The notes under the pieces are model-generated. The model saw nothing but the letters and a program-made list of their open reading frames with translations, did no database searches and was not told the origin of the DNA. A program made the position numbers and the translations under genes. A stretch of 63,348 nucleotides of DNA, counting the filler, from Licmophora abbreviata (Eukaryota): NCBI GenBank assembly GCA_900291995.1. It is 15 parts of 15 records of this genome, joined end to end, with 100 filler letters (N's around TTAATTAATTAA, not from the genome) between each part and the next. Parts side by side here need not be neighbours in the genome. Positions count along the whole stretch, not along the records: positions 1 to 4,091 come from OLMU01005289.1; positions 4,192 to 11,854 come from OLMU01005290.1; positions 11,955 to 15,141 come from OLMU01005291.1; 12 more parts are not named here. One strand, 5' to 3'. Of this stretch, positions 1-12,137 are shown in pieces (position 1 is the stretch's first letter; each line of letters begins with the position of its first letter).

Positions 1-1882
1 AAGCCGATGAAGCAGTACCCATCGCTCAAGCGGTGGAAGAACTGACAATAGGCGGAGACGATGCGAACCGTGTGGTTGCGCAAGAGTACGATCCAGAAGC
101 AAAGAAACCAATGTATATGAGACGTCGGGCTCGCCTGCTGGCGGTCATCGGGTGCATTGCGGTCATCTTGATTGGCGTGGGTGTTGCCGTCGGAGTGCTG
201 TTGAGTGGCGGAGACAATCCGCAGCCTCCCACCCAGGCACCCACGTCACTCGAAGAACTCGAGTTTCGAATGTTGTTCAGTGAGCAAGTCAGCGACAGAG
301 TGTTTGAGGAGGGATCACCACACGATCTTGCCGCCAAGTGGATCATGTTTCAGGACCCACTTGGACTGTCGCCGGACTCGCCCAATCTGATCCAGCGCTA
401 CGTGTTGGCTTTGTTCTACTACATGACGACGAGTAATCGTGAGACTCAATGGATGTCGTGCAATCCTTCTCAAGCGGGGGAAGATTCTACGTGCACGTTC
501 CAGTCTCTGGCAAGAATTGGAAAAGATCAGTCGTTGGCTTACGTCCCTTTCGATGGGTATACTCGATGGTTGTCTGGCGCGAGTGAGTGCAATTGGGCAG
601 GAGTGACTTGTGATTCTGGCAGTCAAGTCACTGTATTACGAGTCTGTAAGTATCATAGGAGTATGACAATGCGTTGGATGCGTCATTCGATGTCTTTACT
701 GATACTACATGCCTTGGTGTGTTTCGTCAACTTTTTTCTTTTCGAAAGGGGGGCACAACATGACGGGGACACTGCCTACCGAACTTTCTGTACTTTCTTC
801 GCTCCAATGGCTATCCTTGCCATTCAATGAATTCACGGGCCAGCCCCCGTGGTCGGTTCTAGGTCGGATGGAACTGGACCAAATGGAGCTTCACTTCAAC
901 CAGCTGGTGGGGGCAATCCCTGATTCCTTCTGGGAACAAGCGACAACTCTTCGAATCTTCAACCTGGCAGAGAATGAACTAACGGGTACGATTTCCACAT
1001 TACTTGGTCGCTTGACCGATTTACTCGGATTCTTCGTATTTGAGAACGACTTGTCCGGCCCCATCCCCACAGAATTTGGTGAACTGACATTGCTGGGTAA
1101 GGAACATGTTCGCTCTGTCTTCGTTATAGTACCGGTCACAGCTACGCCTCACGTCCTCTTTGTCGGTCTCGCCAGAAAACACGGAAATATATGCGAATCG
1201 ATTCAATGGCACAATCCCCACTGAAGTCGGAAGACTAACTTTAGTGGAAGATTTTTGGCTGCACAGTAACGAACTATCCGGTGCAATCCCAAGCGAGGCG
1301 GGACTCATGATGTCAGTGGGTAAGTCTTGCTTCTGTTTATGGTACCCTATCTCGTGAACGCATGCGGGCTTACACCTATCGATGCATCTGCACTAGTTGA
1401 GCTCTTTCTCGACAGAAATAGGCTCAGTGGGCCGATTCCGGAAGAGCTCTATAATGCTACAAGCTTGAGGCAGATCTTTCTCGACGACCAGCAACTAAAC
1501 GGCACCTTGAGTACGCGGATTGGAGGCCTGGTGAACCTGGAGGAGTTAACTTTGAGGGGTAATGAACTCACTGGCCCAATTCCTTCGGAGCTCGGCTTGC
1601 TTCGTGGCCTGGGTGAGTCGCTACATTCCAGAGGGGCAGGCATAACCTATCAACCGTGACTAACCAACCGCATGTGACTCGCGCCTCTTAGGAGCGGCAT
1701 GGTTGCACTTGAATCTCTTTTCGGGCTCCATGCCCCTGGAGGTTTGCGAGAATGTAGGTCCCGGGAGGCTAGAGGTCTTGCAAACTGACTGCCTTCCGGA
1801 GGTCAACCCACCCGTGGCGTGTGATTGCTGTTCTTCATGCTGCAATCGCGAAACCGAGGTTTGTTTCATCCAAGAATTCTAA
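1..1882 (+). CDS. Diatom-type membrane-anchored leucine-rich repeat protein (5' end outside window); introns 646-748, 1097-1175, 1320-1396, 1613-1691
   Basis: TM helix LLAVIGCIAVILIGVGVAVGVLL, 'LIQRYVLALFYY' and 'ECNWAGVTC' LRR-cap motifs, plant-type LRRs (LSGPIPTEFGELTLL, LTGPIPSELGLL), C-terminal 'LQTDC...CDCCSSC'. Four GT-AG introns join the ORF pieces in frame; TAA at 1880-1882. Confidence 0.88.
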
Positions 1883-2004
1883 TGGCAATATTGTACAGCG
1901 TATTCGCATATCCGTAGAGATCATGGCGTCCTCTGATTTGCAGTAATATAGTGACACTTGAGACACAAATCTAGTAGAGTTAAGGGTAGAGACGAAGGCG
2001 CCGT

Positions 2005-4091
2005 TCAAATATAAAGATCGGCACGACTGGAGCTATAGATGCGTTTGTGAGAGTGCTTCTCAGTTGAGATTGCGAGATCAGCAAACGGTATTGAAAAGAG
2101 CGTTTCAGTGGGATCTTCGTATTGGAATAATAGATTCTCTTTCTCCATGTGACGAATGTTTTCAATGTCTTTTGCGAGCACCTGCGAATCATGGTGCATC
2201 AATATAACACTGCCGATGCCAGTGAAGAGGTCGACAGTGTAGTTGATCTTGGTTCCGATCTTGACCCCCGTTTCCAGATAGACAAACGACTCCAGTTGTT
2301 TGATGACGTTGAACCCGGGCGTTGCTGCCACTGTCCCGCGTGAAAAGGACACTAGAATGACTTCTTGACCGGAGGCCTTGAAAGGACTGGGTGGCTTGTC
2401 AGGTAACTTGAAGAAAGCTTCCTTCACGAGATAGCAATCGGCTGTCGCTTCCACCTGAGAGTAGCCCCCTGTAAGTGCCCGAGCCAGAGGTCTCCAGTTT
2501 CCGTCGCCGCCCCTCGCCCGGCAGTTCATTTCGACCAAGCATGGTCCATCGGGCGTCATCATGACTTCGCCATGAGACGGGCCATTCTTCATACCAAGGG
2601 CATCCAAGACGCGACGCACATAGGGAATCAAAAGCTTGGCTTCTGCGCTCTCACTATCCACGGGATTGCATCCAAAGTACACGAATGAAGCGCCGTTTGC
2701 ATTACGCTTGTCGTAGACCCAAACCATGCACGTCTTGTGGACGCCATCTCGAGAAACGTGGTCGACCACATATTCCTTGCCGTGAAGAAATTCCTGGCAG
2801 AGTACGGCAGGACACCCGCCACCGTTGACCATCTGCGACTCCATCAAAGCGTCGAAGTGACTCTTTGCCTCATCGAAGTTGTGGCAAAGCTTGACGCCGT
2901 CGCTTCCAGCGCTCTCTGTCGGCTTGAGCACGACTGGGTATGCTTCTGTACGAAGAAAGCCCTCCACGTCCGATATCTTGGTACCCGCGGCCTGCCGGAC
3001 CGATCGAAGCCCCGCAGCCTTGATGAGTTCCTGTTGAAGCTTTTTGTCACGTCGGTTCGGTATCTCAGTTCCGTTCGTACGAACGCCAAGGCTCTCGCTG
3101 AGGGCATCCGCAAGATCGACTCCGGCCTCTCCGCCTGCAAGGCAAGCCACAACTCTATAGTCTCCAGCTGCCTTGTTGACAACTGCCACAGTATCCGGCA
3201 GCGTACTTGCTTCTTCTACCTCAACAATATACTCAAGGTCCGTACAGCTCATAGGAACATGAGTCTTCATCTCCGCCGAAAACTCGCTGGTCCAGAGCGC
3301 CATGATCTTGTATCCACGCTTATGCATCTCTTCGGCAATCAGACATCCTGTTGAGTACGGATCTACCACAACAACGACTTCCCTGGTCGCATCGACTGTC
3401 GTCATGCGTCGCGTCAAAGACGGTCCCCCCATGAGTTCCGGGCGAGTCATGGAGAAGGTTCGCACGAGGTTAGGTCCCTCCGAGCTGTACAAGTGGCGAT
3501 TTGCCAGCGACACCGAGTCGGAACGAGCTCGATTCAGCGAGATGGAGTCGGAACGAGGACGATTCAATACTTCCTGCTTTGTCTCGTAATCAAACAAGCC
3601 GTTGATGGATTCCATGTAGCGAATGAACTCGACATCTCGCTGAAAAACAGTTTCATCATCGTGAATGAGAATGACGCTTCCAATACCCGTTACCAGATCA
3701 ATCGTGTAGTCAACCAAGCTCCCCTTTCGAACTCCTGTTTCCAAGAAAATGAAGGAAGGAAGCTTGCGAATGACATTGTATCCCGGTGTTTCCTTGACTT
3801 TGCCCTTGGAGTGACTGACAAGAATCACTTCTGTACCTGCTGCCAAAAAGGGGCTGACAGGCTTGTCAGGCAGCTTGTCAAATGTCTCACTGTCCAAGTA
3901 GGCGTCAGCTGTCGCTTCCACCTGGCTATGTCCTGTGAGGGCACGTGACAGGGGACGCCAGTTGCCATCGCCACCGCGAGCACGACAATTCATTTCGACC
4001 AAGCAAGGTCCGTCGGGCGTCATCATCACTTCACCGTGGGACGGGCCGTTCATGACACCGAGGGCGTCCAAGACACCGCGAACGTAGGGGA
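2005..4091 (-). CDS. Multi-domain ATP-grasp ligase (L-amino-acid ligase / carnosine-synthase / DdaF-like) with at least two tandem ATP-grasp units; 5' end lost in gap
   Basis: Motifs VVVVDPYSTG, RRDKKLQQE, PVVLKPTESAGSDGV, QEFLHGKEYVVD, GPSHGEVMMTPDGPCLVEMNCRARGG. The last motif occurs twice. Confidence 0.85.
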
Positions 4092-4191
4092 NNNNNNNNN
4101 NNNNNNNNNNNNNNNNNNNNNNNNNNNNNNNNNNNTTAATTAATTAANNNNNNNNNNNNNNNNNNNNNNNNNNNNNNNNNNNNNNNNNNNN
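4092..4191. other. Artificial contig linker N44-TTAATTAATTAA-N44. Others at 11855-11954, 15142-15241, 16588-16687, 20221-20320, 22898-22997, 29978-30077, 31211-31310, 34443-34542, 44371-44470, 50192-50291, 55810-55909, 58475-58574, 61742-61841
   Basis: Identical 100-nt spacers whose core has stops in all six frames; an assembly artefact. Confidence 0.99.
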
Positions 4192-4471
4192 GTTTGCAGT
4201 GTTGCCGGCTGTACCGGTACACACCCTGGTACCGGTAACTGGTAGCAGCGGTTGCGGAAAGGCAGCTGCTGCCAGCAATGGCATACATGGTACCATACCC
4301 GGTATGTACCGATCTACTGCATCATAGTATTTCCAAATAAGGAGGACTGCCTTGTCGGTAAACGTCAGTTAGGTAGCTAGCTAGAGACTAAGAGTCGTTA
4401 TGACTACAGAACCAGTGTCACGCACACGCGACATGTATCTTTGCTTGTCATCATCGCTTCGAATACTTCCC

Positions 4472-5989
4472 CTAGACGTGAGGACTCGCCAGACCACGCA
4501 GTGCTTGCGTATGTACCGAAATAGCAGGAGAGCGCTCGCCATAAAAACTCGATGGGATCCTCTTTGCCTTGAATGCAGCCTGGCGTTCTTCCCATTCGGC
4601 ATGCATTTGTTGCTCTTCAATGTGATCTGAGATTTCCTTATATTCCAAGGAAAAGTCGAAACACAAGTGAAACCACTTTCCTTTCAACTGAATGCTTCCC
4701 GCGTTCGGAGCATTGTAGACTGCCGTTCCATACAACAACACGAACATGCCTAGCAACTGCACCCAACTGTACTTGGTCCAAGGTTCTCCAAAGTCTCCGC
4801 CCACCGCAATGACATAGAAGATGAACATGTCGGTTCCCCACACCGTAATTGGTCGAAAGTTGTCAAGAATGGCATGCCAGACACTGTTCAGCATGTACGT
4901 GACGAGTACCGCGAAAAAGTTGTAGGAAAAGATGGTGAAGAAATAAATGAAAAAGGCCCACTGAATCGTCGGAGTGTTGCTAATCATGGCCCAGGTGTTG
5001 AAGGGGTCTTCGTACGAGCCGTGATCGTCTCCTGGAAGATAGTAGGCTAAAGGATACATGATGAACAAACACAGAATCGTCCCCCATAGCCCTTCCATGC
5101 CGATCAACAATAGTGGCGGGGAAGGAATGTCCACTGCCATGCAAGAGTCGTGAAAAACACAAGATTAGAACGACTTGTTATAAGCAAGTCTGAGAAAACG
5201 GGTCCGGGAGAGAATACACACAGATACACCAGTCTTTGCCTACTCACTTGTCAATACTTTCTCTTCGAATACAAACTGCAGGGCCTGTACAAAGGCCCCC
5301 ATCATGACAAGAAGTACACCGAGCAACGCGTTGCCTGGAAGATCGGTCGAGTGCGCTTCCGTACTGGAATTCAACAGCGCAGTAGATCCCACCAACACGA
5401 CACTGAGGACGTTATATCCGACTCCGATCCACTGAAAGTTGTAAAGTCTATCTCGGAGCACATGCTGCTTCATCAGGGCGACAAAGATAATGCCACTGCC
5501 ACGAAGCATTTGGTATATGCTGACGTCCAAGTACCGCAAGCCCATCATGCATAATCCGGTTGCTCCCAGATCGAAGACGGAAGGGATAATGAGAAAGAAG
5601 TACATCCAAGTGGGAAGTCTGACGGAACCAGCATCTGTAGAAGGCGTATTCAAGAGGGAGTCGACTTCAGTGGGTGTTTTCTCGTCGCTCTTTTGGGTGC
5701 CGCTCGGCGCTGATTGTATGTACGGCTCGTATCCAGGAAAGGGAATTCGAAAGTACAGTACGACAAAATGCATCAGCAGCCCGAATACCATTCCCACGAA
5801 CATTCCAAAGGTCTGAAAGAGTGGCTTGGAGAAGAGTTCTAGCTCGCCCGTGATGCCGACGCCGTGAAGACTCATCATGGTCTTGCTGCAGATACTGCAG
5901 GCGGTTCCAGACACAATGGCGGCCCCGAAGACCAAGAGCTCCGTCAAGCCGCACTTCTTATGAGCTGACATGGTTTCGGCGCCAGTCAT
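4472..5989 (-). CDS. SLC35F6-like DMT-superfamily transporter; intron 5134-5247
   Basis: Motifs FSKPLFQTFGMFVGM, PSVFDLGATGL, SIYQMLRGSGIIF, QALQFVFEEKVL, IGMEGLWG, LDNFRPITVW. A GT-AG intron joins the two ORFs (A|TG GAC). Confidence 0.88.
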
Positions 5990-6379
5990 CGTGAGGTAGA
6001 CTCGTAATGAGGGCTCAAACTTGGTCCAAACAGGTCAAGCAAATGAATACAAAGATCCGAACGCTTGATGAAAACTGAAAACTGAAAACTGAAAACAGAT
6101 CTGAAAGTGCGCTGATTGCGGGCCCACGTCAGCACTTGGGAACCAGAGTGTGCAAGAACGTCTGACAGACAAACACGCACATCAGCTCCGTTTGAAGCGT
6201 TCGAATGATGAACGCTCGAACTCGAGAGTCGAGTCTACTTCGATACAGTAACCGGCTAGACGACGACGCGTTGCATGTTCCTGTTTCCTTACCTGACTAG
6301 GATCGATTATTATAAATTATGCTTTCAACCATTTCTCACTAGGCCCAGCCCCAAGGTATTCGGCGTTCCTCCCACGCCT

Positions 6380-9300
6380 TTACTTGGCCTGATGCTTGCG
6401 TTCTTCTTCTTTTCCCTTTCGCGGCTCACCCTCCCTTTCCTCGCTGTCGCCCAGGGACGACGTTCCTTTGCTACTGCTCGAACTCCCTCTTGATCGGAGG
6501 GATGATCTAAGCTTCCACTCTTCCACGGTTTCTTCCGCATTTCGAAGAACGGACAGGCTTCTCACAATTGCCCATTCGGCGCTGTCTTTGGACAGAGCAG
6601 TAGACGCAGAGGAATGATCACTCTTGTCATCTCTGTTCGATGCGATCCACTTGCCCATGGAGCTATCGAATGACTCATTCTTTTTGTCCGTATCAGACGA
6701 TGTCTTCCCACGTGCGATACTCGCGAATTTTCCAAGAAGAGATACCTTTTCATGCCTTTCGTCGGGCATCGGCGCAGATACCGTACTCACTGTAGATTCG
6801 TCCGATGCACTGTGCGATGAAGGCGAGCCATCACTGTCAGAAGAGGAGCCTGCTTGAAAGGGAGACAAGTTCCTCTGGGATGATGCAATCTCGGCAGCCG
6901 CTACTAAACCCGGATCTATGCTGCCGCCCCCAGATGCGCTCCTTTCGCGTTCGGTAGTGTAGCGACGACGCGGTGAGGCAGCTGAAGGACTTTGCTCTTC
7001 CAACTCCTCCGAGATGCGAGGCAAAGTGGCCCTACTGTCCCCGGCATCTGATGAGACTTCTGCATCGAGTTCCCAGAGAACAGAAGAGACGATCTTGCCC
7101 TGTTCCGGACTATGCGGCTCCGAATTGTCGTCGGCTGTATTGGAGTCAGTATCGTAACTGACCTCTTCACTCGAAGTGTCATCCTCGTCCCTCGACATGA
7201 CAGCCCCAGCAGCGCCGGCAGCTCCGACGGCAAGAGCCACGCTCGCGGCAATACCACTATCTCCGAATGCGGAGCTTCTCGTCACTTCACCCATTTCAGC
7301 AACAAGTCCGCCGTTCTCGCGTGGAGATTGGGGCCCGGTACTCAGGGCTTGGGAATGAGACCCTGTCGTCTCTGACTGCGAGTCTGAAGAGCTAGAGCTT
7401 GTACTCGTGGAGCCAGATTCAGAGTCAGAATCGCCCGTGTAGGACGAGGAGTACGACGAGGAGTCGGAGCCACTGCTGCTTGATGATTCCAAACTCTCCT
7501 CTTCTTCCGAGTGAGGCGATGCCGCAAGTACTGCAGCCGTTCCCACACCAGTAGCCACGACAGCACCAGCTGCTCCTGCAGCCACGACAGCACCAGGCGA
7601 GAGGGTATCACCGGTGCTTTGCTCGCCTGGCACGGCCATACCAGCTAGTTCCTGCGTGTTAATGTTGCGTTCCGCATACCTCGAGTCGGATTCGCTGCTG
7701 CCGGCAGAACTTGAATCCGATGAAGAATAGGAAGTCCCTGAGTATGACGATGACCCGCTGTCGGATTCCGAGCCGCTCTCTGCATCATGTTGGGAAGAAG
7801 CTGAGGATTTACTCATTCCATAAGCAGCCAGCGCCCCAGCACCGACGACTCCGGCACCAATGGCGGCCGCAGCACCCGCCGACGAGCCTCCGCCATCATG
7901 TTGCGTCGCCGGAATTGCGGAGGCAGCTGCGTCATCGCCCAAGGGCGAGTCGCTCGCCACGAGAGGCGCTTCTCCCATTTCATCAGTCTGGTCAGACAGC
8001 GGTGCAAATTTCGAAGATTCTGTCACCTTTTCATCTGCCTCATAAGAACGAGGGACGGGAGCAGTTGAAGATTCAATGCTGCTCTCAGCTTCACTCGCTT
8101 TCGAGGCGCCCTCGCTGTAGTAGGACGATGACTCAGATGTGCCCGTTTCGTAGCTGTTTGAGCTATTGGTGGACGATGAGGCGGAACTACGAGTGTCAGC
8201 ATCAGCGTCCTCGCTCGCCGACCTCTGGCCCACTCCATATGCTGCCAGCGCACCGGCACCCGCCAATCCTGCAACTCCAGCCGCTGCCCCATCCGAGGTG
8301 CCAGACTTCGCTGTGGGCTGATTTAGCCCACCTTCACTACTGGGGGCTGTAGCAGGGATCGGGCCTGCGCCAGGTGACACAGGTACTTCATCTGTACTTA
8401 ATTCTCCAATGGCCAGCTCCACATTGGACGCATCGCCCGTCTTATCCCCCGTCGCTGAGCTAGCAACACTCCCGCTCCTGCTGTTCGAAGAATGGTCTGA
8501 GTCATCATCATGTTCGCTTTCATTTTCGTCAGAGTCTTTCTTCTTGCGTAGTCCATAGGCAGCCAAGACTCCGACTCCTGCAGCGCCGGCTCCTATGGCG
8601 GCACCAGCCCAAGGCGAAATGCCCCCATCGTCCCCTGCTGGTGGAGCGCCATGACCAATTTCGGTCGCTCCAGTGCCATCAGACTGTGCACGGCGCTCGT
8701 CACTATGTCCGCCATTTGACTGATGAGGATCTCCAGCAGCGACGACAGCCTGTGGCGGCCCATCGTCTTTGATGTCTGGGGAATCCTCACTATCGTCATC
8801 GGGTGCTTCTTCAATGCTGTGAGTATCTCGATCAATCGTGCTAAGTCTTCCGGAAGAATGAGATTCCTCCCCTGACACAGAACCGTAGATCTGGCTATCA
8901 AAGCTCGTGTCAACGGACACATCTTCGCTCTCTGTACTGGCGGAGCTCGGGGAGCCCATCATAATCTGTTTACCCTGTGGTGCTGCTTTAGCACTTGAAT
9001 TGGATTCACTGGCGTCCGGCATATCCGATAGCGCTGGGTCTGACGTTGCGCCGCCTGCCACATCTTCCTCAGCTGACGATCCCGACGAGTTTTCCTTCCT
9101 GCTTCCAAGCACATATGCCGTCGCGGCCCCAGCTGCCACAACTCCAGCTGCCGTGCCACCTACTACGGCTGCAATGTTGCTGGAGCCGGCAGATCCTGAT
9201 GAATCGTCTGCAAGCAATGGAGGTGGCGGGGGATACCCACCTGACGAGTCATCCGGCATTAATCTGCGCCGACTCAAATTCTGGCTCGCAACGGGCGTGT

Positions 9301-11478
9301 CCTGATCATGTTCTGGTGCAACATTCTCCTCTATGCCACTCTCACTCTGTGGAGTGCTTTCCTCTTCGTCATCGTTATTCGTTCCAGCCGCATAGGCCGC
9401 AGTCGCGCCAGCAATCATAACTGCCTGTCTCCATTTTGAACCATCCGTCGCATGTGACGGACTAGTGCCACTGGCCAGCATGCGTGCGTCCGAGGGGGAT
9501 ACATTGCCACGGAGTGGCGAGTCACCGTCGTCCATACTCCAGCGTCGCGGTTCCACTTCCGGTGTGGGAGACTCCGGGGAGACAGCGGGAGGAGCTGACA
9601 GCGCCAAACTCCCTTCGCTGGCCATTCGTAGCGATGTCAACTGGCGACGCGATTTCAGACGTCGAGATGAGGAAGATCCTGAGCTCGTAGTATCATCCAT
9701 AGACATACCATCTGCTCCTCCCACTTGATTCATCTGTTGTTCGTATGTGTCAAACATGATATCCTCCGATCTCTGAGAGAGCGCGCTCGGCGGGATCAAC
9801 ATTACGGAATCGGCATGCGAATCTTGCTCCGGAATCGTCGTCGGTGATGGCGCGAAACTGTCATCTCCACTCGCCAGAGAAGGAGGCACCTCCGTGGCGG
9901 CCTCGGTCGGCGGTGACACGCGCTCGTGCGGCCTATGGCTCCACGTTACACCCTCCAACGCAACGGCATTCCCTCGTTGACGCACCTGCCGTCTGTGCCA
10001 ATAATCCAATAGGAAAAAGAGAATGATACCAAGTGATGCCACCACGGCAATCAAAATTCCAACAGCTGCTCCCGTACTCATTCGATCATCGCCAGTGTTG
10101 CTAGCATCATTGTTATTCTGGTCAGCAGGAGTGCCGATAGGGTCGCTGCCTGAGCTTCCAAAGACTGTACTGCGCGGTAGAACGGTAGCAATACTCTGTG
10201 GCGCCAACTGCTCGAGTTGAAACTGTAGCAAACCAACATCAATGGCAGCATGCAAGACCTCGGTCCATTCCCTTGGTTGTGTCTCTTCTGATGCCAAGGA
10301 TACCACCGTCACGGACGCCTGAACAAGTTGGCAGGCAGTGGCAGATTCTGGAGCTTCGTTGGGGCAGTCTATAAAGATGGAAAGAAATGGAAGAATTGAA
10401 CACAGGGTTAGTCCATTGAAAAGAAGGAGCCATTTCATGAGAAAAACAATGACGTACCAATCGAATCGGCATTCAAAACGAGGGTCGGTAGCTGCACCTT
10501 GACAGTTTGGGATTGGAGAATTCGTTGTTGCGACCGCTCCACCAGAGCGTCGTCTTCTTTCGCTCTATTGAAATGACTATGTTGCCCCCGTGCGATCAAT
10601 TCGTCTTGACGTCCTCCTCGCAAGTATGGGTTGTAGTCTAAGCGCCGTCCATGTGCATGTATACGCGGTTGTGGTCTGTGTTGCGCGGCAGTACTTCTTC
10701 TTCGACTGTTCCCCATGTCGTCTTCCAATACCAAGGGTGCCATAACATCCATGGCTGCCGCTAGGTCTCGTATGTACGAAACATCATCATTTGATGATTG
10801 TGGAAGGAGTGCAATGGGATAGATAATGGTAAGGGGCGTGTAGAGTAGCGACGCATTGAGGGGCATACTTTCTTCTTGAGTGATTGTGGGGGCGATCGTA
10901 GGTGCCAACGTCATCGGCAAAGCAGTCGGCGACCGACTCTGTCCGTCCCCCTGGTCTTGCTTGACAATTGCTTGAATGCCCTGTTCGGTAAAGAGACATA
11001 TCGTGTAAAAGTAGTCCATGTCTGCTTGTGTCGCAGCACTGTAGGTACCACTGGTATCATCCAGGATCAGTCCACTGAGGTCCAGCCCAGCGTTGCTTCC
11101 CACGCAGCACGTTCTACTTGCGCCTCGCGTTTCACACAGACAGGCTAGATACTGGAATTTTCCCACCAGAAGCAGGGGTTTTTCGTCGTGGTAGTGCGGT
11201 AGACCCATGAGGTGGAGAAAAGTCAAGTGTTCGGTGCTATTGATCCAGTCATCGCTAGGGGACGATGTATCGGCATCGTGGAGGGCCGCAAGGCACTTTG
11301 GGAGATTCACGCCGTCGTAGAGAGACGCATCTTGTTCTGCTAATCTTCGATCAAGAGCCAGTGGTGTTTTGGAAGCGCAACAAGACAGTTGCAGTAGTAA
11401 GAGGAGGCAAAGAGAAGAGGCAGTAGTAGTACGCTGTCGTTTCCGGTCAGTTTTGGTCATATTTATTCTCGTCATCAT
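6380..11478 (-). CDS. Large (~1670 aa) type-I membrane protein: signal peptide, Cys-containing ectodomain with RXL motifs, one TM, very long Ser/Asp/Glu-rich tail with Ala/Gly-rich repeats; intron 10369-10457
   Basis: Hydrophobic SLCLLLLLQLSCCA, RRL/RIL motifs, PT stalk, TM AAVGILIAVVASLGIILFFLL. Intron gtacgt...ctaac...tttatag joins the 347-aa and 1352-aa ORFs in frame. Confidence 0.75.
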
Positions 11479-12137
11479 GCTTTCTCTCTCTCTCTTGCTT
11501 CGTTCGCACTTCTTTTAGACCAGCAACATTCTAGAGCAATGTGTATGATCACGATGAGACTGAAACACGGATAGGTGCGGCTGTACTGTGAAAAAGTGAA
11601 AGGTATCGTGCGTGACTGCACCTCTTGCCGCTCGGTGAGAGATGACCCCCTTGCCCATCGTTGATTTTTGGTATTGGGCGCGATACATTCAAAAAAGTAT
11701 GCACGTATTCATTGTAATATACTTAGAACAAGTATATTTTGAGACGGTCGGACAAAATGCGCATAGCATTCAAATTGGACTGTGATGAACAGGATGACGG
11801 GCGCGGCGCGCCGATGTTGCGCTGACGGCCTCAAGTTTAATTTGAAGCAACGGTNNNNNNNNNNNNNNNNNNNNNNNNNNNNNNNNNNNNNNNNNNNNTT
11901 AATTAATTAANNNNNNNNNNNNNNNNNNNNNNNNNNNNNNNNNNNNNNNNNNNNCTATCGATCGTACTTCAAGCTAGCTAATGCGCAACGTAGGTGAAAT
12001 ACAGGGATTGCTGGACTGGGATGACACCTGACTGTAGATGGGAGTCTATCTAAAGAGAAGAGAGCTAGCTACTACACGTCTCTACTCTTAGCTAGTACTA
12101 TCTACTATAGAGTGAGAGAGAGATCAGGTAGCATAGC

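Noticed and set aside
4200..4312. GGTACC/TACCGGTA-rich tracts (also about 14890-14960, 23745-23790, 28365-28470) as MITE ends
   Set aside because: No terminal inverted repeats with target-site duplications; looks like simple-sequence intergenic bias.
6071..6106. Short (ACTGAAA-like) tandem repeats, also 33448-33485
   Set aside because: Only a few imperfect units in 5' regions; no supportable function.
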